Made by a program: the position numbers and the translations under genes | IMG/VR virus record: IMGVR_UViG_3300025437_000009 | DNA length: 64,000 nucleotides | Strand: one strand, 5' to 3' | Origin: a virus | Taxonomy: Duplodnaviria; Caudoviricetes | The notes under the pieces: generated by a model | The model's input: only the letters and a program-made list of their open reading frames with translations | The model's database searches: none | Told to the model about the DNA's origin: nothing | Shown here: one piece after another, positions 1 to 11,636 of the stretch | Layout of the letters: each line of letters opens with the position of its first letter | How positions within the stretch are numbered: the stretch's first letter is position 1

Positions 1-1317
1 ACGGACAAAGGATTTACCCGGTTCGACCAGCACAAGATTAAAAATCCTAGGAATATTAATACCAACAGCGGCGACACCATAAGTAGCAATAATAATCTTA
101 TTAGTACTTGTCGCAATCTCATCGTATTCATCTTTTCTATCCCCAGCTTTGGTAGCACCACTCACAAATGCTACGTCAGGTTTGTCACCTTTAATTAGGC
201 TAAACAATGTGCTTAATTCTGTTTGTAACAATTTACCTGTTTCAATACGATCAACTAAGATAAGTGTATTACCCGATTCTTTAATTGAATCAATCATCTT
301 AGCCAGGTAAGCAACACGTTCAGCGTTGGTCACTAAGTATTTAAGTTCGCTTTGGTAATCACGGTATTCAACATGATCTACCATCTGTACTATATTTACA
401 TGGCAGTTAGCTAAGTGCCCTGCTTCTTGAAGTTCGCTAGCGGATAGTTTACCTACGACTGGTCCTAGACTGCATAATAAACTAACACGTTCATAATCTT
501 CTTTAGGTATCGTCCCTGTTAAACCCCAACGCAGAGGAACACGGGCAAATACTCCAGTGAGTAAAGTCTTTAGTGCATCAGCTTTGGCCATGTGTACCTC
601 ATCTACCATAACTAAAACAACGCCTTCAATGAATTCACCGATAGTTACTTCTGCTGTGCCGGCCTGTGTTGCTTTTAGTAGAATGTTTAGACTTTGCCAG
701 GTGCAGATAGTATGTGTTTTGCCCCATTCTTTACGATCGCCAAAGTAAACACCTACATCAAGACCTAGGTTCTTGTAGTCTGTTTCCGTTTGTGTAACTA
801 GGCTTTTGTTTGGTACAATAACAATACTACGACCATATGGCTCTACGCTTTTGCTTAGTGCCGCAGTCATAATAGTTTTGCCTGCACCTGTGGCAATTTC
901 CTGTATGCTCTGCGGATTACTTAGGAAGTTGTTGATAATTTCAACTTGATAGTCACGAAAATGTATGGGTTGACCTGCTTGTGGATGCCCCACAGGCCAT
1001 GTTTGATCAGCAAAAGTATCTTCTGAAAATTTACTAAACTCAAAGACCGTTGAGTAATCTCGTAGATCTTCTACGTCAATATCGTAGTTCTTACTTTCTA
1101 AGTACTCAATGATTTCAGGTAGTAAGTTAATGTAACTTGAACCGCCTAATTGAAAGAAAGCCACTTTGCCGTCCCAACGTCCTAGACGAACTGAGGGTTG
1201 ATAACGTGCTCCTGGGATTTCATACTTGAACTTCTTTACCAGCGCCGTGCGATCAGCAAGATCTAGTCCTTCAATCTTTACATTTACTTCGTCTCGAATT
1301 ATTAATTTAGCTTGCAA
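1..1317 (-). CDS. uvsW: UvsW-like SF2 DNA helicase (3' end runs off the window)
   Basis: Not in the ORF track. Read manually from a TTG start at 1317 (AAGGA upstream): MQAKLIIRDEVNVKIEGLD...RLGRWDGK, Walker A EIATGAGKT, DExH VMVDEVH. Confidence 0.8.
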   Translation of the reverse strand, partial: MQAKLIIRDEVNVKIEGLDLADRTALVKKFKYEIPGARYQPSVRLGRWDGKVAFFQLGGSSYINLLPEIIEYLESKNYDIDVEDLRDYSTVFEFSKFSEDTFADQTWPVGHPQAGQPIHFRDYQVEIINNFLSNPQSIQEIATGAGKTIMTAALSKSVEPYGRSIVIVPNKSLVTQTETDYKNLGLDVGVYFGDRKEWGKTHTICTWQSLNILLKATQAGTAEVTIGEFIEGVVLVMVDEVHMAKADALKTLLTGVFARVPLRWGLTGTIPKEDYERVSLLCSLGPVVGKLSASELQEAGHLANCHVNIVQMVDHVEYRDYQSELKYLVTNAERVAYLAKMIDSIKESGNTLILVDRIETGKLLQTELSTLFSLIKGDKPDVAFVSGATKAGDRKDEYDEIATSTNKIIIATYGVAAVGINIPRIFNLVLVEPGKSFVR

Positions 1318-2489
1318 ACTTCGGGTCCTTTGGAATGTTTATTATACACATCCTTGGTAAAGTATACAATCTTTTCGGCTGTTTGAATCCACATTTGGCG
1401 ATCACCGCCGTACATCATACCAGCTGAACTGATCATCAATGGAATACGTCCGACGGGTGTGCGAGGAATTTTGGTAGTATAAATTACTTTGACATCAAAA
1501 TCAAAATCCGCTAATTGATTGTTAGTGACTCTCAGCACTTGATCAGGAAAATGTTTATTAAATTCGGTAAGTAAGCGATCGCTTAGATCAGGCTCATATA
1601 CAAATATAGGAAATCTATTTGTAGCGGTAGCATAGTCAGCAATACTTTTAACTAAATTACTGTTGAATGATTGATCGACTTTAAGTTCACGATTGGCACA
1701 TAGGCTCCAAAAACGTGTACCATAGGCTTCAATTACCACTTCTTTTATTAAATTGTCTACAGTATATCCTAGGATAGGTGCATTGTCTACTAGTGTAAGC
1801 AAATTGTCTGTAACAAGTCCGCCCAATCGATCATTGACATAGTCAACTAATGCATCATGAGCATTGGTAATGGTCAACGCATCAGCAGTGGCCTGTAGTT
1901 CAATCCCGTACTGTTTCTTTTCCTCGGCTAACAATAGGTCCATGGCCGTTTTTAATGTTGAATCTATTTCAAATTTATGTTGTTGGGCAAAAGTATAAAC
2001 CCAATTTACGTTTGGTTCAGTTAGATCAGCTACCCAGTATTTTTTACCATGCTCCCAATGTATACTGCCTTTACTTTGCTTGCCTTCAGTTCTAATTGAT
2101 TCTATTATTTCGTTATCAAATGGAAACTTAATACAGATAAGATCATCCTCTATCCATGCCCGAGCTGTACGGTCAATGGTCCTTAAAGGAATTCTAAATT
2201 CAGGATTGGTTTTAACGGGTGTAATGTCTACACCAAGTTTAAACAGTTGCCTTTCATATTTGGTAACCAGAGCTACTGCCAAAGACGCTTGTTTATCAGT
2301 AAACCCTAGACCACTGTGACATTGTCCAGCAAAACTTTCTATAACCTTAACATCATATCTAGCCAGGCTAACATTCGGTTCAGCAACAAGAAATATATTT
2401 TGTTTGTTTATGCCAGCAGGTGTACGATATCCAGCAATAATTTCAATGTAATCTTCAACGTGAGAATAAGAATAAAGAGTATTAGGCAT
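1302..2489 (-). CDS. hypothetical protein (~395 aa)
   Basis: Long ORF. Start moved to ATG 2489, 6 nt after the -10 box. No recognisable motif. Confidence 0.75.
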   Translation of the reverse strand: MPNTLYSYSHVEDYIEIIAGYRTPAGINKQNIFLVAEPNVSLARYDVKVIESFAGQCHSGLGFTDKQASLAVALVTKYERQLFKLGVDITPVKTNPEFRIPLRTIDRTARAWIEDDLICIKFPFDNEIIESIRTEGKQSKGSIHWEHGKKYWVADLTEPNVNWVYTFAQQHKFEIDSTLKTAMDLLLAEEKKQYGIELQATADALTITNAHDALVDYVNDRLGGLVTDNLLTLVDNAPILGYTVDNLIKEVVIEAYGTRFWSLCANRELKVDQSFNSNLVKSIADYATATNRFPIFVYEPDLSDRLLTEFNKHFPDQVLRVTNNQLADFDFDVKVIYTTKIPRTPVGRIPLMISSAGMMYGGDRQMWIQTAEKIVYFTKDVYNKHSKGPEVCKLN

Positions 2490-2495
2490 ACAGTT

Positions 2496-2524
2496 ATTAT
2501 ACACTAGTTATAGTTTAAAGTCAA
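2496..2524 (-). promoter_or_regulatory. sigma70-type promoter TTGACT-17-TATAAT
   Basis: Near-consensus hexamers with exact 17-nt spacing. Confidence 0.8.
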
Positions 2525-2552
2525 AAAAATCCCCGAGTATTTCTACCCGGGG
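2523..2552 (-). terminator. intrinsic terminator
   Basis: CCCCGGG-tagaaata-CTCGGGG followed by ATTTTTTT. Confidence 0.8.
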
Positions 2553-2606
2553 CAAACCGGTCTTTAAACCGGCTGTAATTCAGGAGCTAGAGTGAATTAC
2601 AGTACA
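2523..2606 (-). ncRNA. candidate late small RNA (two hairpins plus terminator)
   Basis: CTAAATA at 2611-2617, 10-bp hairpin CTGTAATTCA/TGAATTACAG, CCGGT/ACCGG hairpin, then the terminator. Confidence 0.4.
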
Positions 2607-2644
2607 CTAGTATTTAGGCCAGTTTGCTCTGACCTAAAAATTTC

Positions 2645-3691
2645 TTAAGCCGTTTTCATACAAGTAACTTGAGCCATAGCCTTCCATTTAAGTGGGAAAC
2701 TCTTACGCAAATCTGCTACCTTAATTGCCATACGCAACGACATTTCACGGAACTTGTTTTTATTCTCTTCCAAAAACTCAATGATTTCGTCTTGTACTGC
2801 TTGCTCAAAATCATACTCAGCAAACAACTCACCATCTTTGGCAATTTGTTTAATACGGAGTACTTTATCACGCATAGTATCAAGTGTCAAGTCCAAGTAG
2901 TGGCAACGACTCTGTAGTGCATCCAGGTGATCACGCAACTTCTGTGATTTCATTTGATCAAACTTAAGGTTAGTAATAAAGATTACAGAGCCATTGAAGT
3001 TGAAGCTATCTGGAACGCCTTCACGACGCAACATATTACTGTCTGACAACCAACTAATCTTACGCTTCTTACCAGAGTCCAGAGCACCCTTCAGCAGGTT
3101 AAGTGCAACGTCATCAACAAGAATTGAGTCACAGTCGTCAAATACTAATACGCAATTTGAATCTGAATACTTGTAAAGTGTAGTATACAAACCTAATGCA
3201 GTAGCAGAACCTTTAACAACTTCAGCACGTAAACGCTTACCAGAAACCATGTCGAACAAACAGGCCTTCTCAACAATACGTTCCACACCAAAGGACTTAC
3301 CAACTCCTGGGGGACCTGATACAATCATTGCACGGATGTCGCCGTTAGTAGCGGCAGTAGTCATCTCGTCCAAAATTTCAAAACGCTGACGAATACGTTC
3401 AATCACTTCTTCATCAGATTCTTGTGCTAGTTCTAATGCCTGAGTTTCAGCGACAGGTTGATTACCTGCATCAACAAACTCTTGCTCTGATACGAACTCA
3501 TAGTCACTCATTGAGTCAACCTTAACACGAATGTCTTCTGGGAACCCAGGAAAACGTCCGCCATTTTTAACAGTGACATAAGCACCTTTGGCAGTGGTTT
3601 TAAACTGCTCAACTAATTGAAAAATCTCACCGCTGACTTCTTTGTTGCGATAAGCACCACTTTTGATACGAATAAAAGATACGTTTGACAT
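2645..3691 (-). CDS. AAA+ family ATPase
   Basis: Walker A GPPGVGKS, Walker B VLVFDD. RBS AGGAG. Confidence 0.8.
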   Translation of the reverse strand: MSNVSFIRIKSGAYRNKEVSGEIFQLVEQFKTTAKGAYVTVKNGGRFPGFPEDIRVKVDSMSDYEFVSEQEFVDAGNQPVAETQALELAQESDEEVIERIRQRFEILDEMTTAATNGDIRAMIVSGPPGVGKSFGVERIVEKACLFDMVSGKRLRAEVVKGSATALGLYTTLYKYSDSNCVLVFDDCDSILVDDVALNLLKGALDSGKKRKISWLSDSNMLRREGVPDSFNFNGSVIFITNLKFDQMKSQKLRDHLDALQSRCHYLDLTLDTMRDKVLRIKQIAKDGELFAEYDFEQAVQDEIIEFLEENKNKFREMSLRMAIKVADLRKSFPLKWKAMAQVTCMKTA

Positions 3692-3721
3692 ACTAGCTCC
3701 TTCTTTATTAATAATACAACT

Positions 3722-3750
3722 ATTATACTATTTTGGCAATTATGGGTCAA
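3722..3750 (-). promoter_or_regulatory. sigma70-type promoter with AATTGCCAAAAT spacer motif
   Basis: TTGACC-cataattgccaaaatag-TATAAT (17 nt). Confidence 0.8.
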
Positions 3751-4043
3751 GCACCATAGTATACTGCATCTGCATCAGCAAGCTCTTCGGCTTGTTCCAA
3801 TACATCAAAATCTGCCTCCTCTACTACCCAACCGTTGGCACGAAGTTCATCACGGCCTACACGGGTTTCCTTCAAGCGATCCATTTGATTGTGGATAGCA
3901 TTGATTGAAGCTTCTAAATATTCACGGTCACGCCATTGTTCGGGAGTAGCATAACGTGGTCGGAAACCAAAAAAGTCTTTATGGAAATCGCTCAAATAAC
4001 TCTGCAATTCTTCAACTGTTAAATCTGCTAAATGGTTTTGCAT
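3747..4043 (-). CDS. hypothetical protein
   Basis: 98 aa ORF with AAGGAG RBS and its own promoter. Confidence 0.75.
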   Translation of the reverse strand: MQNHLADLTVEELQSYLSDFHKDFFGFRPRYATPEQWRDREYLEASINAIHNQMDRLKETRVGRDELRANGWVVEEADFDVLEQAEELADADAVYYGA

Positions 4044-4072
4044 TGCCGCTCCTTGTTAATTACTATACCCAT

Positions 4073-4101
4073 AGTATAGCATTTTGGCAATTTGGGCACA
4101 A
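4073..4101 (-). promoter_or_regulatory. sigma70-type promoter with spacer motif
   Basis: TTGTGC-ccaaattgccaaaatgc-TATACT (17 nt). Confidence 0.7.
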
Positions 4102-4109
4102 CCAAAATT

Positions 4110-4316
4110 TTAGCTATTTAAAGTATTAAACGGACTATAATCTTCGGTGTTGTCTTTATGCAACACAATATTAACTCGATTATCTACAGATAATGCTGGA
4201 ACATTATCCGCTTCATTATATTCATAATCGATATTATTAACCCAATCCGTAAACTCTCGTTCTTCTGGAAAAGCATCATTATATTCATTATCGATAATCA
4301 TATTCTTGAGTTTCAT
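4110..4316 (-). CDS. small acidic hypothetical protein
   Basis: 68 aa ORF with AAGGA RBS. Confidence 0.6.
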   Translation of the reverse strand: MKLKNMIIDNEYNDAFPEEREFTDWVNNIDYEYNEADNVPALSVDNRVNIVLHKDNTEDYSPFNTLNS

Positions 4317-4325
4317 TATAATCCT

Positions 4326-4790
4326 TTAGTTAAGTGAATCAAAATACTTGCTTTCTAATACCATTTGACGCTGTTTGATATTATCGATCAAATATAAACT
4401 TTCGTACATTTGTTGAGTATCTACTCCGTGTTCTTGATAACCCTGCATTAACATTTCTAAATACCCATCATTTGGAAATTCATCAATATTTTTGCCGGCC
4501 ATATAATAGGTCATACATTTAACTGATTGACCATTATGGAAAACATTAACCATTTTCTTTAAATAATATGTAGGATAACCTTCTAGGGCATCTAAGGCCA
4601 ATTCACAGTCAGGAGTAATTTCCCACAGGACTCCTTGAGTGGCAAATTCAGGATTTTCGATTATGTCTGCGTGACGAGCAAAACGAAATTCATGATTATA
4701 TAAAACCGCTTTGCCTAAACTTTTGGCCTGCGGGCATCGGATGGCCATTTGGCCTAAATTGGTATTCATACCATATGCAAAATATTTCAT
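4326..4790 (-). CDS. gamma-glutamylcyclotransferase (AIG2-like) family protein
   Basis: N-terminal YFAYGMN and LDALEGYP motifs. Start moved to MKYFAYG. Confidence 0.8.
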   Translation of the reverse strand: MKYFAYGMNTNLGQMAIRCPQAKSLGKAVLYNHEFRFARHADIIENPEFATQGVLWEITPDCELALDALEGYPTYYLKKMVNVFHNGQSVKCMTYYMAGKNIDEFPNDGYLEMLMQGYQEHGVDTQQMYESLYLIDNIKQRQMVLESKYFDSLN

Positions 4791-4796
4791 ACTAAG

Positions 4797-4825
4797 AGTA
4801 TAGCATATTGGCAATTTATGGTCAA
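4797..4825 (-). promoter_or_regulatory. sigma70-type promoter with spacer motif
   Basis: TTGACC-ataaattgccaatatgc-TATACT (17 nt). Confidence 0.8.
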
Positions 4826-4850
4826 CAAAAAACCCGCCTCAGCGGGTTCG
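4826..4850 (-). terminator. intrinsic terminator
   Basis: AACCCGC-tgag-GCGGGTT followed by a T run. Confidence 0.8.
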
Positions 4851-4868
4851 ATGTTAGTATATGCTAAC

Positions 4869-5171
4869 TTATTCAGCGGGTGGAGTTGTTACTACTGCTA
4901 ATGCGGCTTTAACTGCGACTACTTGTTCATCGGTCAAAGATAAAACTGCAGAACCTTCAGCAAACTTAGTCAATACATCTTGACCTTCAACATGGCTAAT
5001 GTCAAACAGTACAGGTTGAATTGTTAAATTATGCTTAGTAAGAAGTTCTTGGGCGTCAGTGTTTAAATCGGTAAAACGGGCCTCAACTGCCAAATCTTTA
5101 CTTTTTAATGATGCTAAAACTTCATCAACGTGTGTACCTTGTGAACTAAGTGCGAATAAATGAACTGTCAT
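4869..5171 (-). CDS. hypothetical protein (late gene)
   Basis: 100 aa. Upstream TATAAATA and GGAG RBS. Confidence 0.7.
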   Translation of the reverse strand: MTVHLFALSSQGTHVDEVLASLKSKDLAVEARFTDLNTDAQELLTKHNLTIQPVLFDISHVEGQDVLTKFAEGSAVLSLTDEQVVAVKAALAVVTTPPAE

Positions 5172-5212
5172 TTTAAATCTCCGTTATACTGTATTTATAG
5201 TTATTTCAGCAG

Positions 5213-5253
5213 AAACCCGCCAAAGTGTGCATTGTTAAGAGGCATGGCGGGTA
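5213..5253 (-). terminator. probable terminator after groEL
   Basis: ACCCGCCA...TGGCGGGTTT hairpin with a short T tract. Confidence 0.5.
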
Positions 5254-5273
5254 TGTTACTTAATGCTTGATTT

Positions 5274-7198
<1,925 letters not shown>

Positions 7199-7236
7199 GA
7201 TTCTCCTTTAAAATGAATAAATTTAATTAGTTTTTT

Positions 7237-7266
7237 ATTGTACTACATAGAATGCGGCATTGTCAA
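7237..7266 (-). promoter_or_regulatory. sigma70-type promoter for groES-groEL
   Basis: TTGACA-18-TACAAT. Confidence 0.6.
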
Positions 7267-7291
7267 CAACTACCGCAAAAATATTTATCAC

Positions 7292-8059
7292 TTAGAAATA
7301 AGTAATATTGGTTCTGGGAAAGAAACATTCTCTGTACTGCATGGGTTTCATTTTGTGTAGTTCAACTACCGAAGTTTTGCCCAAGCCCATAGCTATACTA
7401 AGAGCCATACTTTGGTTGCCCAAAAACAAATCAGCGCCTTCAATTAATTCGGCTAGTTCTAAGAAATCTTTAACCGGACGATATTGTATTTTACAGTCAA
7501 ATTTAGCAACAAAAGCTTCATGCTCTGCAGGCGTCCCAACAAATAGTCCATTATTAGCCAAATCTGCGTCATGACACATTTTGAACCAACTAGCATCTGT
7601 GTCAACATCAGGAGTACGATAACGTGGAGTAGAGTTTACAACGATAGCGGCTTCTTTAATAGGGTCTACTTCTAACCAAGGTGTATCATAATCGTTGACT
7701 GTAAATGGTACATTAAAAGTACGGAAATAACTTTCTACAATATTTCCCTCAAATGTACGATACAGTACTGCACGATATTGATCCAAATTGATATCGGGCT
7801 TGTTGTCCCCGTCATGCCAAGCTGTAACCTCTGTGATATATGGTTGACGTTCAATTAGGGGTGCTAACATTCTGTAGTCTTGTTCTGTGTATCGACCTTT
7901 GTGTGCTGGGTCAATATCTTCAGCACGATACCCATAGGTAGGCAGGATAAGTTCAAGGTTACGAATACCAATTTGAAACTCACCGCCGCCCATGCGTTTA
8001 ACCAGGGCCAGGCTATAGATTGTGTCACCGGCTGTGCCTGAATGCAAGTATGTTGTCAT
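7292..8059 (-). CDS. GT9/heptosyltransferase-like GT-B protein
   Basis: HSGTAGD N-terminal motif; LFLGNQSMALSIAMGLG. Confidence 0.6.
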   Translation of the reverse strand: MTTYLHSGTAGDTIYSLALVKRMGGGEFQIGIRNLELILPTYGYRAEDIDPAHKGRYTEQDYRMLAPLIERQPYITEVTAWHDGDNKPDINLDQYRAVLYRTFEGNIVESYFRTFNVPFTVNDYDTPWLEVDPIKEAAIVVNSTPRYRTPDVDTDASWFKMCHDADLANNGLFVGTPAEHEAFVAKFDCKIQYRPVKDFLELAELIEGADLFLGNQSMALSIAMGLGKTSVVELHKMKPMQYRECFFPRTNITYF

Positions 8060-8781
8060 TTATTATTTTTTATTAAAAAGATTCCGTAACCATTATGCCA
8101 AGGACTAGGGAACATAGGATTCTCACCTGTTTCAACTTCAATTTTGTAAAGTATTTCTAAGTTACTGTCATCAAATGCACGATAAGTACCTGCTTTTTCG
8201 CGACTGTTATATTTGACACCCTTGTACTCAACTTCAAAAATATTGTTGTCATTCCAGTCATCAACTATAACTAAACTGATGTCAGCAAGGTGTGGAGCCA
8301 CACGAACAATACCTTGATATTGGCTTTCTTCTTCATGCCAACCATCGTACATATAAACATCGTATGGTCCATATAGTGCAGGATCAAAACTTTCAAAACT
8401 TTGATTCAATAACTGTACGTCGGCGGTTTCTGTTTTTACTACTTCGATGTTACGACGAGCATCTTGTTCAGGAGTTGTACTGTAGTGTGGATAGCTTTCA
8501 GTGTAGTTGTCTACTCCAATGGCTGTGATATTATCAATGCCGCCAATAGCTGAACAAAGAGTTGATCCTTGAAATACTCCTACCTCAAGATATCGGGCAT
8601 CGGTCAGTGTTCTAATATAGTTATTGATAAATCTACGATAAACAATACCACTCATTCCAGTAATCTGTAGTGCATAGTCCGGAATTCCGCTGACTTCTTC
8701 TTGTGCCAGTCGCAAGCACTCTTTGATAATTCCAATCTGTGGGTGATCAGTATATACTTGATCAGTAATAGTAATAGGCAT
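8056..8781 (-). CDS. class I SAM-dependent methyltransferase
   Basis: YLEVGVFQGST, YMYDGWH, VIVDDW. Confidence 0.8.
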   Translation of the reverse strand: MPITITDQVYTDHPQIGIIKECLRLAQEEVSGIPDYALQITGMSGIVYRRFINNYIRTLTDARYLEVGVFQGSTLCSAIGGIDNITAIGVDNYTESYPHYSTTPEQDARRNIEVVKTETADVQLLNQSFESFDPALYGPYDVYMYDGWHEEESQYQGIVRVAPHLADISLVIVDDWNDNNIFEVEYKGVKYNSREKAGTYRAFDDSNLEILYKIEVETGENPMFPSPWHNGYGIFLIKNNK

Positions 8782-8792
8782 AATTTTCTTTC

Positions 8793-9686
8793 TTAATTAA
8801 GTTGTTCTAATATTGCGTTGGCTATACGTTGTGTATCAAACAGTTTGTTACAGCGGAAATCTCCATGTTGGCATACGATTCCACGCACTGGTCGATCTTG
8901 TTTGACGTTGCAACCCACACAGTCAATATCGGCTTGTATAGCAGTCCAGTGCCATGTTGGATCCAAATGTCTAATAGGCATTATATACTCTGGAGGATTA
9001 TGTGTCAACATTCCAATTACGTGTGTATTGCTGGCTCCAGCAATTTGAAATGGTCCCGAATCGATGCCCACAAAACAACGGGCACCATCCAATAATACTT
9101 TTAATTGTTGTGGCGTGTACTGTGCGTTTTTATTCACAATCAAGGGATGATCCAGGCTCAAATCAGTGGGTCCGCCTACTGTAACAATTTTGAAATCTGT
9201 GCGTACTTCAAACGCTTGAGCAAAGATATTGCACCATACGTCAATATCAATATTCTTCAGGGCCCAATGCCACTGACGCATATGAACAGCAATGTAGGGA
9301 CTACCAATTTCCTTGATGTCTGCACTAACTAATTCCAGATCACTGTCAGTTGGATGTAGGTCGGGGTGGCGATCCATGACACTGGTATTATCACCAAACA
9401 CTCGATAAAACATACTGTCAATAAAATGATTTTCTGGATTTAATTCGTAAGCGTCATCTAAGTTATAAACGACATCATAGTCTGCGGGATTACATTCGCC
9501 CCAGTTACGTAGATCTACAATGTAAGGATTGTTTTTATAGACTAATGGAAATTCTGTTTCAACGGTAATTGCACAACGGCCATTGTGATGTTTGTACAGT
9601 TCTCGGACTACACCGGTTGACATTACTACATCGCCCAATGCAGCACGTCGTTTAACTAAGATAGTGGTAGGAGTTTCAATCTTCAT
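8793..9686 (-). CDS. glycosyltransferase family 9
   Basis: RRAALGDVV and FVGIDSGPFQIA motifs. Confidence 0.85.
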   Translation of the reverse strand: MKIETPTTILVKRRAALGDVVMSTGVVRELYKHHNGRCAITVETEFPLVYKNNPYIVDLRNWGECNPADYDVVYNLDDAYELNPENHFIDSMFYRVFGDNTSVMDRHPDLHPTDSDLELVSADIKEIGSPYIAVHMRQWHWALKNIDIDVWCNIFAQAFEVRTDFKIVTVGGPTDLSLDHPLIVNKNAQYTPQQLKVLLDGARCFVGIDSGPFQIAGASNTHVIGMLTHNPPEYIMPIRHLDPTWHWTAIQADIDCVGCNVKQDRPVRGIVCQHGDFRCNKLFDTQRIANAILEQLN

Positions 9687-10911
9687 TGGTTTCTGTCACA
9701 ATAGTTGGAAAATAACGCAGGAATATATCTTGTGCGTTGTTGCGTTTTGCTAGAATCTTCTTTTTAATTTCTGTGTAGAAATTCCATGCCAGCGGAACAA
9801 ATACAACACGTTCTTTGGGATCAGTTATACTATCTAACCATTCGATACTGACCACAGGAATACTAGTGCCCGGGCAATATAGTCCTTGCTTTAAAGGATT
9901 GTCATCAATTACGCAGTCCAGGTGTATGTTACTGGCATTGATCAGTGTCATACCTTTAGCGGCAGCACCGTAACCAACAATAGTATATCCCCAACCACGA
10001 TACTCATCAATTTGATCTTTGAGTTGATCAATTAACTCCTGTACACCTGTAGCCCACTTTGTATAAGTCTCAGGTGTCTGTAGTCCTAGTGCTGATTCTA
10101 CAGCTAGGATATTTTGAATACGTTCTTGATTAGCAGGTTGTTTGGCTAATATAAAGATATAGCTGGTTCCATGAATAGGAGTTTTAATTACATCAATTAA
10201 ATATAGACCAGCACGTTCAGCCAGTCGGCGCATTGATTCTGCATTGTAGTAGCTGATATGCTCGTGATAGATGGTATCAAACTCACCGTTAGGAACCATG
10301 TCAGCTTGACTGGTAGAAATAAAAATCTTACCTTCGTTGTTTAAGTGCTCGCGGCAAAGTTTTAAGTATGCCAGTGGATCTGGAATATGTGCAAATGAAT
10401 TTTGTGTAGTAATAACTGTAAACTTGGTATGTATGTTATCAGAGGTTTCTTTATCCCAAAATCTACACCATATGCGATGATTCGCACTAGACTTTTCGTA
10501 TAAGTTTTCTGCTGGATCTACACCAAATGTCTTATAACCTAACTTCTTAAATGCATCTAATTGGCTACCATCATTACAGCCAATGTCCAATACTGTACCC
10601 ACCATTGGTTTAGCGAACTGTTCAGTTACAAAGCGAGCATACCAGTCCATGTATTCTACATAGGTATTTGATGTACCTGACACATACAGATAGTGTGTGT
10701 AAATCAATTCAGGATTAACTGCGTGTGTAAGTTGTAGGTGATTACAGTCTTCACAACGATTAATAGCTAGGGGGAACCACTGATCTGTATCACGTACTCC
10801 GCCATGCTCTTGAAAGCTGTTGGCCAAGGGTTGATCTTGGAGATCCAGGGTCAAGGTTAAGTCTTGGCCGCCGCAGGCCAAACACTCATCGATTTGTGTG
10901 TAATCTTCCAT
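9676..10911 (-). CDS. NDP-sugar C-methyltransferase
   Basis: Zn motifs CLACG and CEDC, VLDIGCNDG, FDTIYHEH, GYGAAAKG. Confidence 0.88.
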   Translation of the reverse strand: MEDYTQIDECLACGGQDLTLTLDLQDQPLANSFQEHGGVRDTDQWFPLAINRCEDCNHLQLTHAVNPELIYTHYLYVSGTSNTYVEYMDWYARFVTEQFAKPMVGTVLDIGCNDGSQLDAFKKLGYKTFGVDPAENLYEKSSANHRIWCRFWDKETSDNIHTKFTVITTQNSFAHIPDPLAYLKLCREHLNNEGKIFISTSQADMVPNGEFDTIYHEHISYYNAESMRRLAERAGLYLIDVIKTPIHGTSYIFILAKQPANQERIQNILAVESALGLQTPETYTKWATGVQELIDQLKDQIDEYRGWGYTIVGYGAAAKGMTLINASNIHLDCVIDDNPLKQGLYCPGTSIPVVSIEWLDSITDPKERVVFVPLAWNFYTEIKKKILAKRNNAQDIFLRYFPTIVTETNED

Positions 10912-11636
10912 TAATTTTTAATAGCAGTTCCGTTGGGAGCGATTGCCCCTTCAACACCAAGATTTTGAATTTCATGTACATGGTCGGGATTTAAGAACTT
11001 AGCAAGTACGTGTTCAATATCCACATATCCACCTGCAGCTAAACGTTCGGCAAAGAACAGGAAGCTATCTTCATATACACCAATAACTTCGTCTAAGAGT
11101 GCAATAGGCCAAGACCATAAGCGAGCCATGTACTGGAATGGTACTTGTGTTACTTCTGGAGGGAATTGACTTTGATGTTTTGGTCCAATAATAATTTTAT
11201 CTAAATTATCTGTTTGATCGTATGTAGCAGGATCAAACAAATCATTTAATATATAACGTCCAGACATTTTATGAATACGATTAATTCCAACAAAGGCATT
11301 TTCTTGTTTGAGAATACGCAACACACGACCAAAACACATGATTTCTGTGCCGTTCTTTACTACGTCCCAATTATCATTGTCGTACATGTCAATAACGTCT
11401 TGATCTTGGCTACAGTCAATGAACACGTCGCAGTTTTGTCTTATTACTGCTTCTTGATGTGGCTTAATCGAATCCCCACAGCATTCCATTACTATAATTC
11501 TAGCATCAGGGATTTTACGCTTAATGCTATTGATAGTTTCAATAGTTTGATCTAACCGTTGCTTAGGTGCAAACACACCAAACTTACTGTTAATAGCTGA
11601 AGTTACGATAAAACAATGTTTTACTTGCTGAGCCAT
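10911..11636 (-). CDS. hypothetical protein, possibly glycosyltransferase-like
   Basis: ORF inside the glycan island with FIVTSAI and KMSGRY motifs. Start moved to MAQQVK. Confidence 0.6.
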   Translation of the reverse strand: MAQQVKHCFIVTSAINSKFGVFAPKQRLDQTIETINSIKRKIPDARIIVMECCGDSIKPHQEAVIRQNCDVFIDCSQDQDVIDMYDNDNWDVVKNGTEIMCFGRVLRILKQENAFVGINRIHKMSGRYILNDLFDPATYDQTDNLDKIIIGPKHQSQFPPEVTQVPFQYMARLWSWPIALLDEVIGVYEDSFLFFAERLAAGGYVDIEHVLAKFLNPDHVHEIQNLGVEGAIAPNGTAIKN

